Shown here: positions 37,943-47,240 of the stretch, in pieces
Position numbering within the stretch: the first letter of the stretch is position 1
Layout of the letters: each line of letters begins with the position of its first letter
Virus record (IMG/VR): IMGVR_UViG_3300049893_002454
Span: 61,546-125,545 of that record
Source of the DNA: a virus
DNA: 64,000 nucleotides
Direction: 5' to 3' (one strand)
Position numbers and translations under genes: made by a program
Notes under the pieces: generated by a model
Databases searched by the model: none
Told to the model about the DNA's origin: nothing
Seen by the model: the letters and a program-made list of their open reading frames with translations, nothing else

Positions 37943-38995
37943 ATGATCGGCATCTACCGAATTTATAACTTAGTCTCCAAACATTCATATATAGGATCAT
38001 CGAAAAATATTTCTTCTCGATGGGATTCTCATAGGCGGGAGCTGAATAGAGGAGTCCATCATTCGAAATATCTACAGGCAGCATGGAATAAATATGGCGA
38101 AGGGAGCTTTGTATTTGAGATCGTAGAGCTATGTGATCAGGACGATTTACGAGATAGAGAGCAGTCGATGATCAATCTGATTAAACCCGAATATAACATC
38201 TCTATGATTGTAGATCTTCCCAATCCTCCTCCGAATAGGCCAATTATCCGTACAAATATACTTACTGGCGAAACTGTTATCTTTGCAACACGCGACCTTG
38301 CCGCTATGGATGGTGACTTCAATGAAGGCAGCATTACCTCATGTTGCCATGGTCATGCATCTAGTCATCGTGGATATTTTTGGAAGTTTGCTGACGGATC
38401 AACTCCAGAATTTAGACCTGTCAATGGCGTATTTAATGTATTGCGTATTGAAATAGATGGATACTCTGTTCAGAAATTTCCCTCTATCAGGAATGCAGAG
38501 ATAAACACTCCTGGTTCCACATATAAGGGCATACATGCCTGTTGCAAAAAGCAGCTAAAGAGTCATGCTGGTTATCGTTGGTGCTTCGATGGGTATCAAC
38601 AAGTTTATGCTAGATCGCCTAGGCGTAAAAGGATATGTAATAGGGCAGTACGTAGAGTTTCAATTGACTCTAATGAAATTTATATCTACAGCAGAGTTTC
38701 TGACGTTAAGAGTGATGGTTATTCTCTTGGCAATGTTATATCTTGCTGTAATGGACATAGAAAGTCGCATAAGAGATGTATTTGGGAGTGGGATGACCAG
38801 ACTACTCCACGCGCATATGAGTCAGAAGAGAAAGGTAAGGGATCTGTTATTGGCACCTCTGTTCATACTGGAGAGATTCGTATTTATCCCAGTATATCTG
38901 CAACTTCTGTAGACGGATTTAGTCCGGGCAAAGTCTCAGCATGCTGTCTTGGAAGAAGAAAAACTCATGGAGGCTACAGATGGCAGAGACAGTAG
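37943..38995 (+). CDS. free-standing GIY-YIG homing endonuclease with four NUMOD1-like repeats
   Basis: GIYRIYNL...YIGSS...RW..H; LQAAWNKYG; repeats ITSCCHG, IHACCKK, VISCCNG, VSACCLG; start uncertain (ORF track 37916). Confidence 0.88.
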   Translation: MIGIYRIYNLVSKHSYIGSSKNISSRWDSHRRELNRGVHHSKYLQAAWNKYGEGSFVFEIVELCDQDDLRDREQSMINLIKPEYNISMIVDLPNPPPNRPIIRTNILTGETVIFATRDLAAMDGDFNEGSITSCCHGHASSHRGYFWKFADGSTPEFRPVNGVFNVLRIEIDGYSVQKFPSIRNAEINTPGSTYKGIHACCKKQLKSHAGYRWCFDGYQQVYARSPRRKRICNRAVRRVSIDSNEIYIYSRVSDVKSDGYSLGNVISCCNGHRKSHKRCIWEWDDQTTPRAYESEEKGKGSVIGTSVHTGEIRIYPSISATSVDGFSPGKVSACCLGRRKTHGGYRWQRQ

Positions 38996-40161
38996 TATGT
39001 CCGATATGCAATAGCAATCATAAATATATTGCGAAACATCTGCAACTAGTACACAGTGATGTATATCGTCAGAATGAAATGCTGTGTATAGAACTCTATA
39101 ATTCAGGTTTAACCGTAGCAGAGATTTCTAAACATCCGGATATTATCTTCAATAATAAAATGACTATAAGTAGGATTCTGCGCCGTTTTATTGACGTAGA
39201 TACTATAGAGCGAGCGCGTCGCCTTCGTGCAGCTACGTCGCTAAGTCGTGCTGGTAGAAAGAAGAAAGCTTTAGCTAATGCGAAGGCGATAGCTTCGAGT
39301 TCTAATAGACATAATGTACTTAATGCTATATCGGATTTAGTTACTCTGGACTCATCTCACATTAGAGAGGTTCAAGAATTTGCAGCTGAGTCTGGATTAG
39401 ATTTTAATCCACGCAATGGTATAATCTCAAAAGATAATAAGATAATACTAATCCTTCCAATCTCAGATATATTCTCAACATACTCTTTTCTTGCCCGTGA
39501 CTTTTATCAACAAGCCATTAGTACCTCAAATCCTCTAATATTATTCTTAGATGAATTGCGATCAAAGAAGGTCCTAATTAGCTCTATGATTGATGCTAGA
39601 ATAGGTAGCGAGAATTTAATCCGCTGCTCGGCCAGGCAGTGTCTAGTTCGACAACTATCATCACAAGAGTCAAGAGCATTTTTTGACAATAACCATATAT
39701 CAGGTCACGTTACCGGCAGCATGTATGTTGGTCTAGAATTTAATAATGAAATTATAGCCGCTATATCTATGCGCAGGCCATTCACTAATCGGTATAGCGG
39801 ATATCTAGAAATTGCTAGATTTGCAGTAAAATCAGGATATATTGTTAGGGGCGCCTTCAGTAAATTACTAAGTAATATCATTAATCAAATAGGTGCGTCA
39901 TATACTCATATATTATCGTACTGTGATTTGCGCTATGGTACTGGAAATGTATATCGTGTGAATGGATTTACTGAAATTGGTCGCACTAAGCCAGATTACT
40001 GCTATACGGACGGTATAAGACGATACCATAGATTTAAGTATCGTGCTGCAGACGGTCGTACTGAACGCGAGATTGCTGAAGCGGCTGGATTGCATAGGTT
40101 ATATGGGGTAGGGTCGATTATATACGAACTGGAGATTCCCGCAGGCAGGAGCCGGACCTAA
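38980..40161 (+). CDS. C2H2 zinc finger plus Hef-like / Mom-like (GNAT-type) domain protein
   Basis: GGAGG RBS before ATG 38980; CPIC...H...H; FFDNNHISG, LEIARFA, GAFSKLL, LSYCDLRYGTGNVY..NGF. Confidence 0.65.
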   Translation: MAETVVCPICNSNHKYIAKHLQLVHSDVYRQNEMLCIELYNSGLTVAEISKHPDIIFNNKMTISRILRRFIDVDTIERARRLRAATSLSRAGRKKKALANAKAIASSSNRHNVLNAISDLVTLDSSHIREVQEFAAESGLDFNPRNGIISKDNKIILILPISDIFSTYSFLARDFYQQAISTSNPLILFLDELRSKKVLISSMIDARIGSENLIRCSARQCLVRQLSSQESRAFFDNNHISGHVTGSMYVGLEFNNEIIAAISMRRPFTNRYSGYLEIARFAVKSGYIVRGAFSKLLSNIINQIGASYTHILSYCDLRYGTGNVYRVNGFTEIGRTKPDYCYTDGIRRYHRFKYRAADGRTEREIAEAAGLHRLYGVGSIIYELEIPAGRSRT

Positions 40162-40253
40162 TAGTCTTGTGTCGATCTGCAGAATTATATTCTCAGCAAT
40201 GCGATTATTTTAAATTTTCTGTCTATGGTTCATCTGCTAGCAGTATTTTCCAC

Positions 40254-40397
40254 ATGAAGACTTGTCCGCTATGCCATAAGCCGTCATCGCGCATCATTAA
40301 ACACGTTGTAGAAGCTCATCCAGATGAAGCTGCGCACCAAGAGGCTCTTAAAGGGAAGTTGCCTCTGCGGCCGGAGTTTACAAGCTCTGGGGTCTAG
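40254..40397 (+). pseudogene. zinc-finger fragment resembling the N-terminus of the upstream gene
   Basis: MKTCPLCHKPSSRIIKHVVEAHPD vs VCPICNSNHKYIAKHLQLVHSD. Confidence 0.4.
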
Positions 40398-40433
40398 GTC
40401 ACGCCAAATACGAGATTGCTCTCGACTAAACCA

Positions 40434-40441
40434 TACTAATA
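40434..40441 (+). promoter_or_regulatory. TACTAATA motif, candidate phage late promoter
   Basis: Intergenic, about 50 nt upstream of ATG 40492. Confidence 0.5.
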
Positions 40442-40491
40442 TTTAGCCATACCAATGCCCTTGTAATATATCATTAGCATTGGAGCGTGGC

Positions 40492-41976
40492 ATGTTGGAT
40501 TTAACAGAAGTCTTTTTTAATATTGAAAATATTTCAAATAAAGACATTATCCTTTTTGGAAGCTATCGGCTGCGTCCAGGGGCCAAGGCAGATCTTTTCA
40601 AAGTTATACCTAATCTAAGCGAATCTCGGATAATCGACGCACTACGCTCACCTAGTGGCGAATTATTCGTATTTAGCGAATTACAGAAAAAGATAATCAT
40701 TCATGATTTTAGACTTACCTCACTTGACAGTGCGCGCGTAGGTGCTAAGCATATTGTGTCGAATAATGTCCCTGAACGAGGGAAGGTATTAGGTTTCGAT
40801 GGAGCAATGCTTAAGTGGGTTAGTGGTGGTGGCGGGCATTTTGACGTAGAGGCTCCGTTGGTACGCGAAGCTGATACACTGCGTATTGATCGTGCGGGTC
40901 CGCATACATCAGGATATCTTAGCAAAGAGGACTGGCTAGCATTTAGCAATATTACTACTGGATTTAGAATATGGCAATACTACGACCTGCCCGCCAATAT
41001 CGGAGTAAAATGCAAAATAGCATCGTTTAATACTGCATCGATACCGTTTAATACCGGATCTATTGTAAATGGCAGCGCTGTAATCGTAAATGCATCTACT
41101 CTGTCCGCTCCTGGAAAATCACGATGGAAGATTCTAGGATCTAAATCACAGATTGTAGTTACTCAACATATTGGAGATGAGGTGCTATTAAGTGCTGCCC
41201 CTAAAGCAGAAGAATTATGTAGATTATACTTCTTAGTGTGCTTGCCTGCCGGAGTTGATGTGCCGGATAGCTACTCTGGTGCCCCGGACTATGTACGTCA
41301 GCTACGCGCAGAATATTTTGATTTTATAGACCTTAATAGCTCTAAGACAGAATTAATAAATGGCACGAAAACTTTTAAGTCACCAGTTATATTTGAATCA
41401 GATCAGCAGATTAATCAAAGTTTAACTGTTGCTGGAAAAATTACAGCTCACTCAATAACTTTAAATGACGCACCTCAATCATATCACGTACTAACATCTT
41501 CTGCAATGGGCAGCGGCACTTGGCAAGCCAATCCAACAGTATCACAGGGACCTCCGTTAAACTGCTATGATGGGCAGTTGTGGGTTAGGACCCCAGACTT
41601 TGAGTTATTTGTATATGATGGTACTAGAACTAGTTGGCTAAGCGTAGCAGAGCGCTCTATAAGCGCTTGGTCAACTCAGACCCTTGCACATATGTACCTA
41701 GCGCAGGGAGGGGGCTCTACGTGCAATATACTGCCTCTAAAGAGCACTCTTGTTGGTATGGTGGCATCTAGCAGTCCAGGCTCATCATGGACTGCAGAAG
41801 TACATATTAATAATTCTATCATACCCGGTGCATTTATTAAAGTTGGCGAGGACGGTAGAGGATTCAGCAATAATCTGTCCGTGCCATTTAATCAAGGAGA
41901 CCGTATACAATTCTTTGTAAATGGTCATATGATTGACAATCCTAAGATTGAAGCAATCTTCAAGAAAAGCTTTTAA
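40492..41976 (+). CDS. virion structural protein (fibre-like), paralog of next gene
   Basis: ENIS.K, GYLSKEDWL.F, IWQY.D and CR.YFL shared with 41991; INGTKTF and GQLWVR..D..LFVYDG fibre-like motifs. Confidence 0.65.
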   Translation: MLDLTEVFFNIENISNKDIILFGSYRLRPGAKADLFKVIPNLSESRIIDALRSPSGELFVFSELQKKIIIHDFRLTSLDSARVGAKHIVSNNVPERGKVLGFDGAMLKWVSGGGGHFDVEAPLVREADTLRIDRAGPHTSGYLSKEDWLAFSNITTGFRIWQYYDLPANIGVKCKIASFNTASIPFNTGSIVNGSAVIVNASTLSAPGKSRWKILGSKSQIVVTQHIGDEVLLSAAPKAEELCRLYFLVCLPAGVDVPDSYSGAPDYVRQLRAEYFDFIDLNSSKTELINGTKTFKSPVIFESDQQINQSLTVAGKITAHSITLNDAPQSYHVLTSSAMGSGTWQANPTVSQGPPLNCYDGQLWVRTPDFELFVYDGTRTSWLSVAERSISAWSTQTLAHMYLAQGGGSTCNILPLKSTLVGMVASSSPGSSWTAEVHINNSIIPGAFIKVGEDGRGFSNNLSVPFNQGDRIQFFVNGHMIDNPKIEAIFKKSF

Positions 41977-41990
41977 CCGGTTGGTGAGTA

Positions 41991-43613
41991 GTGGCTGTAA
42001 AATTCTTCAGGCCTAAGCTTATAGTTGAAAATATTTCCCATAAAGCGGTCAGGCTTTTGGGCCTTACAACTATTTTACCTGGTGAAACAATAGATCTTTT
42101 CGATCAGGTGGAGCAGCTATCTCTGTACGAAGATCTTATCCTAAAGGCTCTTGAGAAGCCATGGGGCGATCTTTATAATGAGGTCGTTAATAAAAGAACT
42201 TTAGTTATTCACGATCTGGTATTATCAAGCTTTTACTATGGATTGGTGACACCTGATAATATTATTGCCGATAATAATTATTTTCCAGGCGCAGTTCCAG
42301 CAGTAGTTAACTCCGATACATTTTCCTGGATAGCTCCATCGATTGCCTTCGCTCAATCTCCTTTAGAAATATCGTCTGGTGTAATTTCGATTCCAAAGGC
42401 AAGCGCCACTTCAGACGGTTATTTATCCAAAGAAGACTGGCTATTATTTGCTGGAAATACAAAGCCGGCCATGAAGATATGGCAGTATCAAGATTTCTCT
42501 GCCCCGGTATCTACGAGCCTAACTCTTACGGCCTTTCAGAATGGCACGGGATTATCATTCAACGCATCGTATATACTTAATGATACAGCTCAGATAACAA
42601 TTAGCAGCAATAGCTCAGTACCTCCTACAACTACACTTTCATTTCCAGCCAGATATCTTCCATCCAATCGAGTTACTGTATCATCTCATGTAAGCACTAC
42701 AGTCATTCTAAGTGCAGCTCCAGACACATCACTCTCATGTAGAGTATATTTTTTAATTGAGTTGCCACCAGGCGAATCATTACCCTCAGGATACCAAGAG
42801 GATCCAGAGTTTCTTAATGACGTTAATTTAGAATTTTTAGATGATAACTATGTTAACCAGAATCAAGATGAAGACATTTATGGAAAGAAGACGTTTATAT
42901 CTGAGACTGTGTTCAACAATAGTGTTGGCATAAATGTAGCCTCTCCAGCAGCTGATTTAGATGTATTTGGGCTCATTCAGACTACATCACTTCGTATACC
43001 AACAGGAGCTTCCGACGGATACTTCTTTAGATCTGATGGATATGGATTAGGTTCATGGGCACCAATTCAGGCTGCTGGCATTACAGACCACGGATTGCTC
43101 TCCGGTCTTAGCGATGATGACCATCCTATTTATCTCAGAGTTGATGGAGCCAGGCCTATGGCCGGGGCATTGGATATGGATGGATACTCCATTCTATCAG
43201 CGCAGTTGGATGGGATATTGTATTTTCGAATGCCAAGCGGAGCAGTGGATGGCTATGTACTTACATCTAATGCGCTTGGCGAGGCAAGCTGGCAGCCTAG
43301 TGCATCAATGATTGGGTCGGGGATCTCTGAGACTCAGCATGAAAACTTAGATACGTTGGTGCATAATCTAGCAGAAACGTATTTTGAAGAAATAATTACT
43401 GTGGGCGGCAAGGTGACTGCTGTAATCGATTGGACATCTCCTGCTAAGATATTAAAGATCAGAGAATTTCAATACTCATATAATGGCACTAAAATATCAC
43501 AGGAGATTGCAATTCAATATGACGGTTCTGGTACTGAGGTCCAGCGGCTAACGACTGACTTTAATTATGTCGGAAGTTCTATAGTCTCTTCTACCACTAC
43601 GGAGATACCATAA
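41991..43613 (+). CDS. virion structural protein (fibre-like)
   Basis: VGINVASP, DHGLLSGLSDDDHP and YLRVDGARPMAG fibre modules; 5 DGY. Confidence 0.7.
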   Translation: MAVKFFRPKLIVENISHKAVRLLGLTTILPGETIDLFDQVEQLSLYEDLILKALEKPWGDLYNEVVNKRTLVIHDLVLSSFYYGLVTPDNIIADNNYFPGAVPAVVNSDTFSWIAPSIAFAQSPLEISSGVISIPKASATSDGYLSKEDWLLFAGNTKPAMKIWQYQDFSAPVSTSLTLTAFQNGTGLSFNASYILNDTAQITISSNSSVPPTTTLSFPARYLPSNRVTVSSHVSTTVILSAAPDTSLSCRVYFLIELPPGESLPSGYQEDPEFLNDVNLEFLDDNYVNQNQDEDIYGKKTFISETVFNNSVGINVASPAADLDVFGLIQTTSLRIPTGASDGYFFRSDGYGLGSWAPIQAAGITDHGLLSGLSDDDHPIYLRVDGARPMAGALDMDGYSILSAQLDGILYFRMPSGAVDGYVLTSNALGEASWQPSASMIGSGISETQHENLDTLVHNLAETYFEEIITVGGKVTAVIDWTSPAKILKIREFQYSYNGTKISQEIAIQYDGSGTEVQRLTTDFNYVGSSIVSSTTTEIP

Positions 43614-44272
43614 TGAGTGGAGTAATAGTTCTAAATCAACTATCTGCTGAAATAGTTAGTGCTGATGGTTATTCCGCAGTTGTTCTTTCTGGCAACTCTC
43701 TAGATAATGAAACTAGTGGAGTGTTGTTAGCAGGTACTGATGGTTACACTGTAAGTTTCATACGCACAAATTCAGACGGAGTACTGCAGATAGATCCAAT
43801 CGGTACTACTGTTCAGCCCATTTCAGGAACGGTTGCATCTAATCAGAGTGGGATATGGTATGTAAGGCTGACTGATGGTTACGGTAATCCAGTATTGGTA
43901 CGTACTAGTGCCGCACAGGCTGGCGATCCTGGTGTAGTTGTACGCGTAGCTAGCTCTACTACTGATGGATATGTCGCATCCTTATTAGACAGAAGTAAGG
44001 CTAATACTGCCTCTAGGACTACGGTAGCAAATACTACAGTAGCGACCACAATACTTTCAAATAATGATCTTAGGAAGGGTGCTACCATTTATAACAGCTC
44101 TAATAAGTTATTATATATCGCCTTTGGGCCTGTAGACGCTACACTTGCTAGCTTCACTGCACTGATAGCTACAAATGGATACTATGAATTGCCCTATGGA
44201 TTTACTGGACGCATTTCTGGCATATGGGGGGCTTCCGGTAGCGGAGGAGCTCTAGTGACGGAGCTAACATAA
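43613..44272 (+). CDS. virion structural protein
   Basis: GGAG RBS; Ser/Thr/Gly/Val-rich beta protein; RKGATIYN; 4 DGY. Confidence 0.65.
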   Translation: MSGVIVLNQLSAEIVSADGYSAVVLSGNSLDNETSGVLLAGTDGYTVSFIRTNSDGVLQIDPIGTTVQPISGTVASNQSGIWYVRLTDGYGNPVLVRTSAAQAGDPGVVVRVASSTTDGYVASLLDRSKANTASRTTVANTTVATTILSNNDLRKGATIYNSSNKLLYIAFGPVDATLASFTALIATNGYYELPYGFTGRISGIWGASGSGGALVTELT

Positions 44273-44619
44273 TGCCATACTTTCCTCCTACGCCAAGGTC
44301 TATATATATTACCGCAGATGATATCCCGGCTGGCAATATAACTCTCTTAGATGACGGGTATTGGGCATCTGGATATGTTTATCTTGACTCAATTCACGTA
44401 GAAACAACATCTACTGATTGGGATTTATATTTATGTCAGGATAGCTCCTTTAACATTAGCGATATTACAACAATTAAGTTGGTAGCCAATGGGCTTGGAA
44501 GTAGCGTCGTTCCAGTCAATATATCATACGACAGTCTAGACGGCAATGTATTTCTTGTCTATGAAAATAATGTAGGTACATCTAATGTGTCGCTATACAT
44601 CGTAGGTAGAACTCTTTAG
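44272..44619 (+). CDS. small structural protein
   Basis: GGAG RBS; TAATG coupling. Confidence 0.6.
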   Translation: MPYFPPTPRSIYITADDIPAGNITLLDDGYWASGYVYLDSIHVETTSTDWDLYLCQDSSFNISDITTIKLVANGLGSSVVPVNISYDSLDGNVFLVYENNVGTSNVSLYIVGRTL

Positions 44620-44621
44620 CA

Positions 44622-44629
44622 TACTAATA
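44622..44629 (+). promoter_or_regulatory. TACTAATA motif, candidate phage late promoter
   Basis: In the 50-nt gap upstream of 44670. Confidence 0.5.
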
Positions 44630-44669
44630 TTAATTCACATCTTAGATATTTAGACTTGGAGGATTTAGC

Positions 44670-46787
44670 ATGGCAATAGCTGATGACTTTAGCATTTCTG
44701 CTACTGGCGATATTAGATATACTGGCACAGGAAGTAATTATTCTGTTATTTCATTTCACCGATGGTTGGGCGATCTTATGGATGACGCTCAAGCTTCAGG
44801 TAATGATATTCTTGATATTACCGATGCTACCGCTTCAGAGCGTTCGACTGATAACATCATCACATTAAATTCTCCATACAATATCGACAATACTGCGGCT
44901 CAGCATCTCTATGACGGTTCCATTATACAGGATAGCGGTAACACCATCTATGATGGCATCGTCTGCTTTTCTGCTCCAGGTACATATCTGCAGATTATCC
45001 AAAACGGTCGCCCAGCATCTCCAAATTTCTGGACTACTGGTCTAAACGCTGATGCTAATAACGGTATTAGCCATCGGTTCATGATAAAGGTCAGGACTGG
45101 TGGTGCGGATATAGATGGCCGTCGTATTCTTGGTCAAACTCGTGTATTTAATCAGACTTATTCAGAATTCCGTATTAATGGTACGTCGCGAGGTAATAAC
45201 GTACTAGCATTAACCTATGCTACAGATCTTAATAATCAAACTTCTGAACCAACAGTAGAAGGTTGGACTGGCATAACAAACACTCAGGGATATCGCCTTC
45301 TAGATGTCGACAATGATGGGTTCACCGAGCCATATTACTCAGAGTGGAATAAGGACATTTACACCATAAATCAGCTTTATGAGCGAACTAAATGGCTGAG
45401 TCGAACTTCCACGGAAGAAGATGGTTACAGTGGCACAGCGACTGATTATCCAGTAGGTGACGGAACGACTACTAGGCAAGCACAGTCATTTAGAAATGGC
45501 CCTGTACCTCAGAATCTAACACGTGTAATTGCTAGACTTAAAAAGTTTGGTACGCCAACGGGTAATCTTACGGCAAACTTATATGCGATTAGCGGTACTC
45601 ATGGAAGTACTGCGGTTCCAACCAGTAGTGCTCTGGCAACATCAGTAACGTTCGATGTAAGCCAACTTACGACATCATACTTACAATATGAGATTGCATT
45701 TAATACGCAATATAATATGATCGCTGATGGCTATTACGCTATATCATTTGAATATAGCGGTGGAAATGCATCTAATTATGTTCAGATTAGCGGTTCAAGT
45801 ACGGGCAGTCACGCTGGTAATAAATCTAGCTTTGCTGGAAGCTGGACCGCACAAGCATCAGAGGATCTTTGGTTCAAGTGCTTTGCCTCTCCATTACTAT
45901 ACGGTATTACCGGAGAAGTATTTAGAGGTATAACTCACGAAATTGAACTCGATGGTCCCAGTGGCACATTCTCATCGTGGGCCCCGGTATCATGGCCATC
46001 GGGCACAGGGCAGATGCTCGCTATTAACTCTACTACTGCGCCAAGCAAGATGTGGATACAGTTACTGACAGGCGTGGCCCCAATAGACAATCAGATAATT
46101 ACTGATGGGTACACTTCGGCCACCGCAACAGTAAATGTAACTGTCACTGAACGAGCACTATCGTTTCCATTTATCGGAGCCTCGACCGGTTCAGCTATAA
46201 TAGGCTCCTATGGCCTAGGTATAGAGACTTCCGATCTGACCGCTAGCGATCGTCTATTCGATCTAAATAATACATCTCGAGTGCCACCTAACAATGTGTC
46301 ATTCACTGTTAGCGGACTGGTAAGCGGAGAGGATCGGGTTCTAGTCGGGCCAGGTAACGGAGGTCTCCTACATACAAATCAATTATCTCTTAGCACTCCT
46401 CTGACTGGTGGGGCAGAAACAGCAGTTGTTGTATCTACAACAATACCTCTCGATACACCGTCATCTGGCACTATTAGAGTTCAGTTAAATAGCGGTATAT
46501 ATCGCAGATTAGCTTACTCATCATTCCTAGGATCAACATTTACCTTAACAGCCTCGACTGACTTTACCGGAGATAATGCTAGCGCGGCCAATAATGTATT
46601 TATTAGCTATATCGATAAGGTTGCTTCGGCTACTAGCGAAAGTTTCACTGTAGTTTTCCAATCTACACGTTCACTATTTGTGCGCGTGCGCGACGGCGGC
46701 GCAAGTCCGATTAAAACGTTCGAGACCACAGCATCACTCGGATCTGGTGGAGGCTCTGCTACGGCAATTAGAACCTCAGATGCGTAA
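44670..46787 (+). CDS. virion structural protein (705 aa)
   Basis: GGAGG RBS; Thr/Ser/Gly-rich beta composition. Confidence 0.7.
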   Translation: MAIADDFSISATGDIRYTGTGSNYSVISFHRWLGDLMDDAQASGNDILDITDATASERSTDNIITLNSPYNIDNTAAQHLYDGSIIQDSGNTIYDGIVCFSAPGTYLQIIQNGRPASPNFWTTGLNADANNGISHRFMIKVRTGGADIDGRRILGQTRVFNQTYSEFRINGTSRGNNVLALTYATDLNNQTSEPTVEGWTGITNTQGYRLLDVDNDGFTEPYYSEWNKDIYTINQLYERTKWLSRTSTEEDGYSGTATDYPVGDGTTTRQAQSFRNGPVPQNLTRVIARLKKFGTPTGNLTANLYAISGTHGSTAVPTSSALATSVTFDVSQLTTSYLQYEIAFNTQYNMIADGYYAISFEYSGGNASNYVQISGSSTGSHAGNKSSFAGSWTAQASEDLWFKCFASPLLYGITGEVFRGITHEIELDGPSGTFSSWAPVSWPSGTGQMLAINSTTAPSKMWIQLLTGVAPIDNQIITDGYTSATATVNVTVTERALSFPFIGASTGSAIIGSYGLGIETSDLTASDRLFDLNNTSRVPPNNVSFTVSGLVSGEDRVLVGPGNGGLLHTNQLSLSTPLTGGAETAVVVSTTIPLDTPSSGTIRVQLNSGIYRRLAYSSFLGSTFTLTASTDFTGDNASAANNVFISYIDKVASATSESFTVVFQSTRSLFVRVRDGGASPIKTFETTASLGSGGGSATAIRTSDA

Positions 46788-46793
46788 TATATT

Positions 46794-47240
46794 ATGGCAG
46801 GCATATTATTCTTTTTTGAAGATAATGATATTGATATATTCTCTGGTCGGAGACTCGATCTTTCGGCCTGGAATTATGCCATTAAATCTGCGGGAGATAT
46901 TACTAAGGTAATTATTGTCAATAGGACATCGCTTCAAATTTCTACATTTGACTCAGATCTAGAATACTTCTTAGTAACCAAAGATTTACCACAGCTAGAT
47001 GGTAGCATAATACACGTAGTATGTCCCTGGGATAATACATGTAATACAGTAAGTTTATGGAATTATGAGCACAGTGCTGATTGGTATTTATTTGGCCCGG
47101 CCAAGGGATGGAAAGAGTACGGTAAGTTGTCAAATGGATTAACTATTCCAGTGGCAAATAATATTGCATTCCATTCTGTTCATGCGGCATCAATCGTTAT
47201 GGCCCATCGCTATGGAGTTAATAAATGGCAGCACCGGTAG
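46794..47240 (+). CDS. SPOUT (SpoU/TrmH-like) methyltransferase-fold protein, tentative
   Basis: YLFGPAKGW...LTIPVANNIAFHSVHAASIVMAHR resembles the FG.E..G / IP / SLN...A..I knot motifs. Confidence 0.45.
   Translation: MAGILFFFEDNDIDIFSGRRLDLSAWNYAIKSAGDITKVIIVNRTSLQISTFDSDLEYFLVTKDLPQLDGSIIHVVCPWDNTCNTVSLWNYEHSADWYLFGPAKGWKEYGKLSNGLTIPVANNIAFHSVHAASIVMAHRYGVNKWQHR

Noticed and set aside
37943-38995. Three DGY in the GIY-YIG protein as part of the DGY signal
   Set aside because: They fall in or beside NUMOD1-like repeats that also show DGF/DGD variants; not counted, but they are a caveat to strict specificity
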